The notes below the pieces were generated by a model. The model worked only from the letters and a program-made list of their open reading frames with translations. It did no database searches and was not told the origin of the DNA. A program made the translations under genes and the position numbers. From positions 1-55,881 of the forward strand of contig JBAXDL010000006.1 of NCBI GenBank assembly GCA_037140955.1: a DNA stretch of 55,881 bases, read 5' to 3'. Origin of the DNA: a bacterium (lineage in GTDB: Bacteria > Patescibacteriota > Minisyncoccia > Moranbacterales > GWC2-37-73). Shown here one piece after another: positions 8,336 to 16,501 of the stretch. Every line of letters begins with the position of its first letter. Position 1 is the stretch's first letter.

Positions 8336-8926
8336 ATGGAACATACAGGACAACTTATCTTTGCATTTTTGCGGCACTATGGCTATTGGGCAATGCTTCC
8401 TTTGATGATAATTGAAGGGCCTATTGTGACGGTCATTGCTGCAATGTTGGCTTCTTTGGGGGCTTTTACCTGGCCAGTGGTGCTACTTTTTTCTATTTTG
8501 GGAGACCTGCTTGGCGATGTGCTTTTTTATGCAGCTGGTCGCAAATGGGGAATGGGTTTTGTTTATAATATTGGAAAACACATTGGAATTACTGAAGGGG
8601 TGGTACTAAAGATGGAAAAATATTTTCAAAAACATGGTGGTAAGACCATCTTTGCAGTCAAATCTACCACGGGACTTTGTTGGGCAACTTTCACCGCAGC
8701 AGGAATTGTGAAAATGGATTTCAAAAAATTTCTGGAATATTCCTTTGTTGGCGGAGTGGTTTGGAGTGGTTTTTTGGTTGCAATGGGATATTTTTATGGT
8801 TATCTTTGGAAAAGCATTAAGCAATATATTAGTTGGGTGGGTTGGATTATTTTTTTGATCGTTATTATATCATTCATTGTAATTACAATTTATAAGAAAA
8901 AGCAGTCCCAAAAATTCTTACAATAG
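8336..8926 (+). CDS. DedA/SNARE-associated family membrane protein
   Basis: 196 aa. YGYWAMLPLMIIEGPIVTVIAAMLA and FAVKSTTGL-type DedA core, about 5 TM segments. Confidence 0.8.
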   Translation: MEHTGQLIFAFLRHYGYWAMLPLMIIEGPIVTVIAAMLASLGAFTWPVVLLFSILGDLLGDVLFYAAGRKWGMGFVYNIGKHIGITEGVVLKMEKYFQKHGGKTIFAVKSTTGLCWATFTAAGIVKMDFKKFLEYSFVGGVVWSGFLVAMGYFYGYLWKSIKQYISWVGWIIFLIVIISFIVITIYKKKQSQKFLQ

Positions 8927-9011
8927 ATTCTCTCTTTTTGTTTATTGAATTGCTTTCGATGTTTTTTTGTTGCAATAAAGCCACATTTGCTTTATTATTG
9001 ATAGATAAATT

Positions 9012-9857
9012 ATGTTAAAAAAAATTAAAAAAATTTCCATGGGTGTCGTATTGCATGCAAAAAATATTATCTTTGCAGACCCAAAGCTCATGTATGAGCA
9101 CGACAAAAAGCTGATTGACCAGTCGTTTTTTTTCAATGGTTCAAATAAAAAAGGTGTCTTGCTTGTTCATGGTTGGACTTCAACTCCATATGAAGTTCGA
9201 AGATTGGGGAAATATTTGAACGAAAATGGATATACAACAATGGGAATAAAACTTGCTGGTCACGGAACTGTTTCAAGTGATTTGGAAAAAGTGATTTGGC
9301 AAGATTGGTTGGAAAATGTTCGAGTTGGATATTTCGAATTGAAAAAAACTTGTGATCAGGTGTATATTGCAGGAACTTCTATTGGTGGTGATTTGGCACT
9401 TATTTTTGCTGAGCAACAGAGGGATGTTTCCGGATTGATTTTAATGGCGACGCCATATCAATTGAGATTTGAGAAAATCGGAATGTTGTTTGTGCAAATT
9501 CTTTTGAAAATGAAAAAAAAGTATCGCAAGAAATTTTATCCACCAACCTTTGGACTTTCAACAACAATCACAAGATTAATTTCATATCAAACTTATCCCA
9601 CAAAAAGTCTTTTACAGGCTTTTGAGGTGGTTTGTCAGATGAGAAAAAATATTAGTAATATTGTTGTTCCCGTTTTGATAATGCAATCAACACATGATCA
9701 TATTATTCAAAAAAATAGTATGGAAAATATTTTCAATAAGATTAGCTCAAAAGTGAAGAAGAAAATATATATTAAAAAGGCTTACCACACCTTTATTTCC
9801 GACATTAAAAATGAACATATTTTTGAAGACATTCTTAATTTTATTGAGAAGAATTGA
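9012..9857 (+). CDS. Alpha/beta hydrolase (YvaK/Est-like carboxylesterase)
   Basis: GVLLVHGWTSTPYEVRRLGKYLNENGY, nucleophile elbow GTSIGG, and a C-terminal HDH/AYH region. The start could be later (9039 or 9087). Confidence 0.75.
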   Translation: MLKKIKKISMGVVLHAKNIIFADPKLMYEHDKKLIDQSFFFNGSNKKGVLLVHGWTSTPYEVRRLGKYLNENGYTTMGIKLAGHGTVSSDLEKVIWQDWLENVRVGYFELKKTCDQVYIAGTSIGGDLALIFAEQQRDVSGLILMATPYQLRFEKIGMLFVQILLKMKKKYRKKFYPPTFGLSTTITRLISYQTYPTKSLLQAFEVVCQMRKNISNIVVPVLIMQSTHDHIIQKNSMENIFNKISSKVKKKIYIKKAYHTFISDIKNEHIFEDILNFIEKN

Positions 9858-9879
9858 GCTATTATAAGGTTATTTAATT

Positions 9880-11061
9880 ATGAATATTGCAATTTTTACC
9901 AATAACTATTTGCCAAACCCTTATGGTGTGGCAGCTTCAATTGAAAGTTTTCGCAAGGAATTTGAAAAAAGGGGGCACACCGTCTATATTTTTGCGCCAA
10001 GAGACAATGGATATTTCTCAGGTGACGAAGGTATTTCTCCAGGCAGAATTTTTTTCTATCCAGCGATTAATTTTAAATTCAAGGGGATTAATTTTCCCTT
10101 GGTTTTTCCATATTCCTACCGAATAAGTAGGATTTTGGAAAAAATGGAAATTGACGTCGTGCATTCTCAGCATCCAAATTTGTTGGGGTGGGTTGCTGCA
10201 CATTGGGCAAAGAAAAAAAATGTCCCATTGGTTTTCACTTGGCACACTTTGTATGATCAATATGCGCATTTTGCTCCAGCATTTGTTCCGAGAAAGTTTG
10301 CTCTTTGGTGGACCTTGAAGAATGCGGTTTCTTTTGCCAACAAAGCTTCTCAGGTGGTTGTGCCAACTTTCTCAGCAAAGAAAATTATTGAAAAATGGGG
10401 AGTGAAAAACAAAAATATTGTGACAATTCCAACTGGAATTTTGAAGCAAGATTTTTCAAAAATAGACAGGCAGTTGGCCAGAGGAGAACATGCAATAAAT
10501 GAGGATCGAATTGTGCTGGGATTGATTTGTCGAATAACTAAAGAAAAAAACGTGCTGTTTTTGGCAAAAATAGTGGCGCTGCTGCTACAAAAAAATGAAA
10601 ATTTAGTGTTTGTTTTGGCTGGAGATGGCGATGAAATTGCCACAGTGAAGAGGATATTTGCTCAAGAAAACATTGGAGACAGGTTCAAATATTTGGGAGT
10701 TGTTGGTGGAAAAGAAAAGAATGATTTTTTTGCAATGTCTGATATTTTTGTCTATGCCTCAAAATCAGAAACTCAAGGAATGGTTTTGATTGAGGCAATG
10801 CAAGCAGGGCTTCCGATTGTCGCAATTAATGCTACTGGCACTTGCGATGTTGTGGAAGATGGCAACACAGGATTCTTGGTCGATGAGAATGAAGAAGTCT
10901 TCATGGCTGCCGTTTTAAAATTAATTGAGAACAAAAATTTAAGACAAGAATTTGGAGAAAAATCCAAGATGGTCTTTGCAAAAAAATATACTAGCAGTGC
11001 ATGTGCTTATAAGATGTTGGAGATGTATCAAAAAAATATAAAGAAAGAAAAAATGTCTTAA
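9880..11061 (+). CDS. Glycosyltransferase family 4 (GT-B fold)
   Basis: 393 aa. C-terminal EX7E-type motif SETQGMVLIEAMQAGLPIVA...DGNTGFLV. Confidence 0.85.
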   Translation: MNIAIFTNNYLPNPYGVAASIESFRKEFEKRGHTVYIFAPRDNGYFSGDEGISPGRIFFYPAINFKFKGINFPLVFPYSYRISRILEKMEIDVVHSQHPNLLGWVAAHWAKKKNVPLVFTWHTLYDQYAHFAPAFVPRKFALWWTLKNAVSFANKASQVVVPTFSAKKIIEKWGVKNKNIVTIPTGILKQDFSKIDRQLARGEHAINEDRIVLGLICRITKEKNVLFLAKIVALLLQKNENLVFVLAGDGDEIATVKRIFAQENIGDRFKYLGVVGGKEKNDFFAMSDIFVYASKSETQGMVLIEAMQAGLPIVAINATGTCDVVEDGNTGFLVDENEEVFMAAVLKLIENKNLRQEFGEKSKMVFAKKYTSSACAYKMLEMYQKNIKKEKMS

Positions 11062-11109
11062 GGTTGTACTAATATTTGTGTTGTTTTTAATTATTTTATT
11101 TGAAAAAAT

Positions 11110-11715
11110 ATGCATAATGAATTTTTGCAGGATGTGGAGGAGTTTTATGATGGACCAGTGGTTGGAAGAAGGCTTCCAGAAATTGAATTAGAAGCCTTTC
11201 ATAAGGAGGAGGTAAAAAAGATTAAGTTTTCTGATTATGCTGGAAAGTGGGTTGTGTTGGTTTTTTATCCAGCTGATTTTACTTTCATTTGTCCAACGGA
11301 GCTTGCAGCTGTTGGTGCGATGTATGGTGATTTTCAAAAAGCAGGAGCTGAGGTTTTTGGCGTTAGCACGGACACTGTTTTTGCGCACAAGGCTTGGCAT
11401 GACACTTCTGCCATGATTAAGACCATAGATTTTCCAATGCTAGCTGATCCAACTGGAAAATTGTGCAAGGCTATGGGAACATATCTTTCTGAGCAAGGAT
11501 TGTCACTACGCGCCACTGTGATTGCTGATCCAGATGGAACAATAAAGGCTGTTGATATTCATGACAATAGCATTGGCAGGAGCAGTGAGGAAATTTTGCG
11601 AAAATTGCAGGCTGCAATTTTTGTCAGAGAACACAAAACGGAGGTTTGCCCAGTGAATTGGAAACCAGGAGCAAAAACATTGAAACCAGGTTTGGATTTG
11701 GTAGGAAAATTGTAA
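11110..11715 (+). CDS. Typical 2-Cys peroxiredoxin (AhpC/TSA family)
   Basis: Peroxidatic motif DFTFICPTE and resolving Cys in TEVCPVNW. 201 aa. Confidence 0.9.
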   Translation: MHNEFLQDVEEFYDGPVVGRRLPEIELEAFHKEEVKKIKFSDYAGKWVVLVFYPADFTFICPTELAAVGAMYGDFQKAGAEVFGVSTDTVFAHKAWHDTSAMIKTIDFPMLADPTGKLCKAMGTYLSEQGLSLRATVIADPDGTIKAVDIHDNSIGRSSEEILRKLQAAIFVREHKTEVCPVNWKPGAKTLKPGLDLVGKL

Positions 11716-11760
11716 TTATAATTTTTAAAATAGTTTAAGTTTGTATTTTTCAAAGCCTTA

Positions 11761-11786
11761 TGACTTTGGACTTTATGACTTTTGAC
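11761..11786. repeat. GACTTT-type heptamer repeats (TGACTTT GGACTTT ATGACTTT TGAC) in the SOD leader
   Basis: Read directly. Same heptamer family as the tsaD-internal TTTTGAC x3. Confidence 0.85.
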
Positions 11787-11796
11787 TAATATTAAT

Positions 11797-12384
11797 ATGT
11801 ACGAAGCAAAAAAATACGAAAATTTGTTGGGAATCGAAGGTCTTTCTGATGAGCTCCTGAAGAATCATTTCACATTGTATGAAGGTTATGTTGCAAATGT
11901 GAACAAGGTTACTGATTTGATTTCAAAACTTGCAACTGAGGACAAATTGGCAACACCTGAATTTGCAGAGGTAACACGTCGTTTTGGCTGGGAGTTTAAT
12001 GGAATGAGGTTGCATGAACTATACTTTGAAAACATGATGAAGGGCGGTAGCGTCCTGGAAAAGGACAGCGCTCTTTTGCAGAAGATTGTTGGAGATTTTG
12101 GTTCATTTGAAAATTGGGAAAAGCATTTCAAGGCCACTGGAACAATGCGTGGAATTGGCTGGGTTGTTCTATATCTGGACACAGAAAGTGGAAAACTGTT
12201 TAATATGTGGATAAATGAGCATGACGGTGGACATCTTGCTGGTGCTGTTCCGATTTTGGTGATGGACGTTTTTGAACATGCCTACATGGTGCAATATGGA
12301 CTAAAAAAAGCTGACTATATCGAAGCATTCATGAAAAATATTTGTTGGCACGTTGCTGGTGGACGCTACAACTTGGCGCAATAA
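11797..12384 (+). CDS. Fe/Mn superoxide dismutase family protein
   Basis: NGMRLHELYF and DVFEHAYMVQY (metal-ligand D..H) motifs. The N-terminal helix is NHFTLYEGYV instead of HHxKHHxxYV. ATG at 11797; the ORF is open from TTG 11782. Confidence 0.8.
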   Translation: MYEAKKYENLLGIEGLSDELLKNHFTLYEGYVANVNKVTDLISKLATEDKLATPEFAEVTRRFGWEFNGMRLHELYFENMMKGGSVLEKDSALLQKIVGDFGSFENWEKHFKATGTMRGIGWVVLYLDTESGKLFNMWINEHDGGHLAGAVPILVMDVFEHAYMVQYGLKKADYIEAFMKNICWHVAGGRYNLAQ

Positions 12385-12400
12385 AAATTTGGACTATAAT

Positions 12401-12435
12401 AAAAAAAGACTTCATTATTATGAAGTCTTTTTTTG
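12401..12435. terminator. Bidirectional terminator (convergent SOD and response regulator)
   Basis: AAAAAAAGACTTCA-TTATTA-TGAAGTCTTTTTTT. Confidence 0.75.
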
Positions 12436-12455
12436 TGATTTTTTTTGTTCAAATT

Positions 12456-12833
12456 CTAGTGAAGCACTTCTCGCACAACACCTGCCAATTTTTGTGGTGT
12501 AGTGAGGGCCTTGATGATATAGAAACGCGTTTCAAACTCACTCACTGTTTTGGTAGTGAGTTCATCTGAAGCATTGGTTAAAATGATGATTGGAATTCTC
12601 GACAATTCTTTGCTTGCTTTGAGCTCTTCTAGAACTTCGATGCCGTTTTTCACAGGCATTTGAAGATCTAGCAGGATAAGGTCTGGCCTAGTCTCGTTTA
12701 TGACGCGTAGTCCATCAGCACCATCAACCGCAGTTGAGACATCATAACCCTCGCTAGTGAGCTTCATTGAATATATTTCACGGATGTCGTTGTCATCTTC
12801 AACAATACAAATTTTTCTTTTTTCTTGTGGCAT
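12456..12833 (-). CDS. Single-domain response regulator (CheY-like receiver)
   Basis: KICIVEDDNDIREIY...PDLILLDLQMPVKNG...IPIIILTNA receiver motifs. ATG at 12833 preferred over TTG at 12902. Confidence 0.85.
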   Translation of the reverse strand: MPQEKRKICIVEDDNDIREIYSMKLTSEGYDVSTAVDGADGLRVINETRPDLILLDLQMPVKNGIEVLEELKASKELSRIPIIILTNASDELTTKTVSEFETRFYIIKALTTPQKLAGVVREVLH

Positions 12834-12898
12834 AAATTTTCTTGAAATTAATTGACAACTAATTATATCACAAGGTGCTGTTTTTTGAAAAGAAAGCT

Positions 12899-13435
12899 TC
12901 AATATTTGTAGATATATAGAGTTCCAAGTTTTCCTGTTTTGCTTTGGATTATTTTTATGGGTGATTTGTGTTGTAATGGAAAAGTGTTAGCAATTACAGT
13001 CGCACCTTTTTTGAGCTCGTGATTGAATTTTTGCTCCAATTCTTTCATTATATCGGGAAATAAATATGTGTACACAATATCTGCATCGTCAAGGTTAACT
13101 TTGAAGAAATTTTCTCTGCGGCAGCTGATCTTGTGTTTTGAGAAAATATTTCTAATTTTTGCTGAAAAATAGGCTGCTAAGTTGAATTCAATTCCAATGC
13201 AATTAAAGTTGGGATGAGTTGCTGCAAAGCGAAATGCGACCTTTCCATTTCCAGAGCCCAAATCATAAAACTTGCCCTTGGTTGCTAGATTGATTTCTCC
13301 CAATGCATTTTCAATTGTCTTGTCGCTCGTGGCAAGCATTGGAACCTTCAGGATTATTGTATAGAAAATATTAAGATATATATAAATCATCAGAAACAGT
13401 AGGCAAAGTGTCAGGAAAAATAATAGAAAAATCAT
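12899..13435 (-). CDS. Class I SAM-dependent methyltransferase with N-terminal TM anchor
   Basis: Motif I FYDLGSGNGKVAF, then DIVYTYLFP. 178 aa. Confidence 0.7.
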   Translation of the reverse strand: MIFLLFFLTLCLLFLMIYIYLNIFYTIILKVPMLATSDKTIENALGEINLATKGKFYDLGSGNGKVAFRFAATHPNFNCIGIEFNLAAYFSAKIRNIFSKHKISCRRENFFKVNLDDADIVYTYLFPDIMKELEQKFNHELKKGATVIANTFPLQHKSPIKIIQSKTGKLGTLYIYKY

Positions 13436-13469
13436 ATTTTTAAAAAAAAGTTGGTAGTATTGTTTTTAT

Positions 13470-13886
13470 TTATAAATCTTCTTCTGAAATAACGCTTATC
13501 CCGTTTCTTTTTAGTAGTTTTGTTGTTATTCCATCGCCATTGATAATTTTTCCAGAAAAAGTTCCATCATGAATTTTTCCGCACCCACAGGATGGGCTTT
13601 TTTGTTTGAGAATAGCCTGGGTGATGTTTTTTTCTTGGGCTATTTTCAAGATCGCTTCAGCACCAAGAAAAAAGTTTCTGGTGATATCTTTTTTGCTTTT
13701 TGTTATCACTGTTTCATTGCTTTGAATTTCAGCAGCTTCTCTTGGAGTTTCCAATCCACCCAGTTCTTCAGGGCAAATTGCAAGAAATTCTTCATTTTCT
13801 GCTAATTTCATGACCTTTTCATTTCGATTGTTGCCGCCGTCATATTTGCAATTTTTCCCAAGAAGGCAAGCGCTGCATAGTTTCAT
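13470..13886 (-). CDS. DUF523 family protein (TudS-like, Cys-rich)
   Basis: MKLCSACLLGKNCKYDGGNN...SPSCGCG is the typical DUF523 signature. Confidence 0.7.
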   Translation of the reverse strand: MKLCSACLLGKNCKYDGGNNRNEKVMKLAENEEFLAICPEELGGLETPREAAEIQSNETVITKSKKDITRNFFLGAEAILKIAQEKNITQAILKQKSPSCGCGKIHDGTFSGKIINGDGITTKLLKRNGISVISEEDL

Positions 13887-13999
13887 AATATTTTTTAGTT
13901 CATTTGACTATATCAACCATTGTAACACAGTGCTATTGTTGCTACTTGTATTATAAATCCATTGTGCAATGACGTTCGAACTTCTTTAGAGAAACTTAA

Positions 14000-14386
14000 C
14001 TAAACTTTAATTTTAACCCACAAAATTTCAATAACCGCTAAGACAGAAGCTAGTGCCATAGAAACTAATGAAATTGTCATCATAACAGGATAAAATTCAA
14101 CAAATCCAAATAAAACAATTCTAGGACCATCACCGCCATCGGGGAAAAGCAAGTTTGATACTATAAATAAAAGGCAGGTGATAAAAACAATCGTTGCCTT
14201 AGTTGTAGTAAATTTATCTTTAAATTTATCTAAAAAATAATTATTAGCAAAATAAATTAATACATAATAGACGACGATAATAGGAGAAAAAAATATTAAT
14301 ATCCAGCCAAAACTAGCAACCCGAGAAATTATAGCAATAATCATCGATACAATTAAAAAATAATAACTAATATTATATGCATTCAT
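14000..14386 (-). CDS. Hypothetical membrane protein (4 TM)
   Basis: 128-aa hydrophobic ORF with no recognisable family. Confidence 0.5.
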   Translation of the reverse strand: MNAYNISYYFLIVSMIIAIISRVASFGWILIFFSPIIVVYYVLIYFANNYFLDKFKDKFTTTKATIVFITCLLFIVSNLLFPDGGDGPRIVLFGFVEFYPVMMTISLVSMALASVLAVIEILWVKIKV

Positions 14387-14720
14387 AATTATAAATACTT
14401 TTTTACTTTATCAATTTACACTAATAGTATACCACAGTTCGATTGTACACTATTGATAGCAATGGAATTACGCGTCGTTTTTTAATGAAAACTCCTTGCC
14501 CGCAGCAGAGCTGAATGTTCGTATTCCTCATATTTATCTACGCTCGCTCATCTCACTTTCGTTCGATGCTCGCTTCTGAAGGAATGGGGAATCCTCCTCA
14601 CCCAAACTTTTTCGCGAGTACGCAGAAAAAGTTTTCCTTCGGAGCCTGGGTTTTCAAAAAAGCAAAATCGTTTGCTTTTTTGAAATACCCTTCGATTCCC
14701 ACCATATTCAAACCATAAAG

Positions 14721-14757
14721 AAAAATCCCCTGAGTCAAAAACTCAGGGGATTTTTCT
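14721..14757. terminator. Bidirectional intrinsic terminator
   Basis: AAAAATCCCCTGAGT-CAAAA-ACTCAGGGGATTTTT, a perfect 15-bp stem. Confidence 0.8.
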
Positions 14758-14896
14758 TTATGGAGAGCGACACATCTCCACCCCGAACTATTATTAAAGG
14801 AAAAACACAATCTTACTTTTATCTGCTATAATATAGATACAAAAATTCGCCGTATAGGCGTTAGTTATAAACAAATAGCATAAAGCCATTACTATT

Positions 14897-15250
14897 ATGT
14901 CAAAAACCCCGTCAAAGCCAAATAATGAGTCCGAGGAGATCAATGCGATGTTTGATAAGCTCGAAAAGGGAGATTATTCAGGTGTGGAAAATTTCATGTC
15001 AAAAGCCATGCCAAAATTAGCTAAAGTTTTCAATGATTTTGATCCTAAGCTAAATTCTTTCACTGGCTATATTAAAAAGGATGAAAATAAAGAAGTTTCA
15101 AGTGATAATATTGGCCTTCTTTCATATACCACAACCGATCCAATTGTAAACATTGGCGCTAACAAACGACCTTTGCAAGTAGGCTTCTCGTCAGTAGAGC
15201 AAGACAACGACCAACTTTTACACTTTCTTTTCAATAAATCCAAGCGTTAA
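14897..15250 (+). CDS. Hypothetical protein (117 aa, soluble, acidic N-terminus)
   Basis: ORF followed by the terminator at 15280-15304. No family recognised. Confidence 0.5.
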   Translation: MSKTPSKPNNESEEINAMFDKLEKGDYSGVENFMSKAMPKLAKVFNDFDPKLNSFTGYIKKDENKEVSSDNIGLLSYTTTDPIVNIGANKRPLQVGFSSVEQDNDQLLHFLFNKSKR

Positions 15251-15279
15251 GAAGATCAATTATAAATCATGCTTATCTG

Positions 15280-15304
15280 CCAGCACCGAAAATGCTGGTT
15301 TTTT
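15280..15304 (+). terminator. Intrinsic terminator
   Basis: CCAGCA-CCGAAAA-TGCTGG followed by TTTTTT. Confidence 0.75.
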
Positions 15305-15344
15305 CAAACTTGTGTTTTTCCCATATTTATAGTAAATTTTAGAA

Positions 15345-15518
15345 GCTATCAAATTCAAATAGATTCTAAAATAGCTCTACAAAGCTATCCTAATCGTGTT
15401 CTGTGTTGGCAACCCGATGCAAACGATTAGGATACGTTAGTATCTTTTTGAGTTTGATAGCCTTCGGGCTGCCAACTTAGAAGGCACTTTCCCGAAGACT
15501 TATTTATTAAGTCTTTTT
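15345..15518 (+). ncRNA. Candidate structured RNA / cis-regulatory leader (unclassified)
   Basis: 15-bp helix 15345-15359/15447-15461 (one G-U), extended by 4 bp. Perfect 12-bp helix 15386-15397/15423-15434. The loop GTTGGCAACCC (15405-15415) is complementary to 15466-15476 in 10 of 11 positions. A competing helix is CTTCGGG/CCCGAAG (15462-15468/15491-15497). A terminator-like hairpin GACTTA-TTTAT-TAAGTC plus TTTTT ends 4 nt before the ATG at 15522. Confidence 0.5.
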
Positions 15519-15521
15519 ATT

Positions 15522-15803
15522 ATGCCACAAATACTTTTCGCACTACTTGTAAGTCTTTTGTTTACTTGGGGTCTTGGTTTATTGTTGCCAATTCTTTTGC
15601 GCTTTGTGATTGTGAAAAAACAGATTGGACAAATTTGGGCATGGCTAGTCATATTCATGGTTTTTGGTTTTCAAACCATAGGAGCATTACTGTTGGGAAG
15701 TAGAAGCAAAGGACATCCAGCATTTGCCTTGGTGGCTTATGTTGGTTATTTGATAATGCGCAGAGAAACAAACACTAAAGAAAATAATCAAATAGCAAAA
15801 TAA
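15522..15803 (+). CDS. Hypothetical small membrane protein (3 TM, 93 aa)
   Basis: Hydrophobic ORF separated by 2 nt from the next ORF (stop 15803, next ATG 15806). Confidence 0.55.
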   Translation: MPQILFALLVSLLFTWGLGLLLPILLRFVIVKKQIGQIWAWLVIFMVFGFQTIGALLLGSRSKGHPAFALVAYVGYLIMRRETNTKENNQIAK

Positions 15804-15805
15804 GT

Positions 15806-16204
15806 ATGGCTCATATTTTTGGCGTTATTGTCGTTTATGCGTTATTTGCTTGGGCATATATATCTTTCATTATCACTGTAATTATATTAGTCACAAACTT
15901 TGAAGGCGAAGATGTTTTTGGGGTGCCAGTTAATTTCTTTCTTCTGCCAGCTTTTTGGTGCTTAGTATTTTTTTTAATGCCAGGATTTGAGAAGGCTTTA
16001 TTTTTTATTCCCGCAGATTGGATGAGTGAAGGCGATGGGGGTTGGTATTCTTCAAGGGGAACTTATGCTGGCATTCTTGCTTTTTTCGCAAGTGTTGGCA
16101 TTGCTTTATTTTTTGTGAAATATGCTGAAATGAGAAATAAGCTAGAACGAACTAAAAATGAATTAGAGGCAAAAAAGAAAAAACGAAATAAAATAAATTA
16201 CTAA
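15806..16204 (+). CDS. Hypothetical membrane protein (132 aa) with a basic coiled C-terminal tail
   Basis: 3-4 TM segments, then KLERTKNELEAKKKKRNK. Confidence 0.55.
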   Translation: MAHIFGVIVVYALFAWAYISFIITVIILVTNFEGEDVFGVPVNFFLLPAFWCLVFFLMPGFEKALFFIPADWMSEGDGGWYSSRGTYAGILAFFASVGIALFFVKYAEMRNKLERTKNELEAKKKKRNKINY

Positions 16205-16213
16205 AAAAGATAC

Positions 16214-16444
16214 ATGGCTACATTTCAAATTACAACATGCCCGACTTGCAGACAAGAGTTCGAAGAAGAAATAGATCCTCTTCCATGTTTAGTTCTTTAT
16301 GGTGACGAAGAAAAGAAAGAATGCCCACTCTGCCATGCTTTCTTTGATGAGTATGATAAGGCATTGGAATTTAGATTCAGGCGGGTGCCAAATCCTAAAA
16401 AGCTAAGCAGATTTGAAAGAATAAAAAAGTGGTTCAAGATATAA
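16214..16444 (+). CDS. Small zinc-ribbon protein (76 aa)
   Basis: CPTC...CPLC motif pair. Third gene of a tightly packed trio. Confidence 0.5.
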   Translation: MATFQITTCPTCRQEFEEEIDPLPCLVLYGDEEKKECPLCHAFFDEYDKALEFRFRRVPNPKKLSRFERIKKWFKI

Positions 16445-16452
16445 TCAACTTC

Positions 16453-16486
16453 AAAAAAGGATTGCCCTGAAGAGCAATCCTTTTTT
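16453..16486. terminator. Bidirectional terminator
   Basis: AAAAAAGGATTGC-CCTGAAGA-GCAATCCTTTTTT. Confidence 0.75.
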
Positions 16487-16501
16487 GTTTGGCATGACTT
16501 T

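Noticed and set aside
14590-14612. GGGGAATC..TCCTCA resemblance to the tRNA-Gly T-arm/variable region, as a left-end att repeat.
   Set aside because: Only two short blocks match, with a 9-nt deletion between them. Serine recombinases do not generate long direct repeats, so the resemblance is not informative.
14470-14800. Possible tmRNA, RNase P RNA, SRP RNA or 6S RNA.
   Set aside because: I looked for the tmRNA tRNA-like ends (GGGG...acceptor/T-arm...CCA), the RNase P GAGGAAAGTCC block, the SRP GGAAGCAGCCA helix-8 motif, and a long 6S-type rod. None is present on either strand.
14515-14810. Two mutually overlapping 67-aa and 70-aa ORFs.
   Set aside because: Both traverse perfect hairpin terminators and a GC-rich non-coding block, and no family resemblance was found. 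The region is treated as non-coding.
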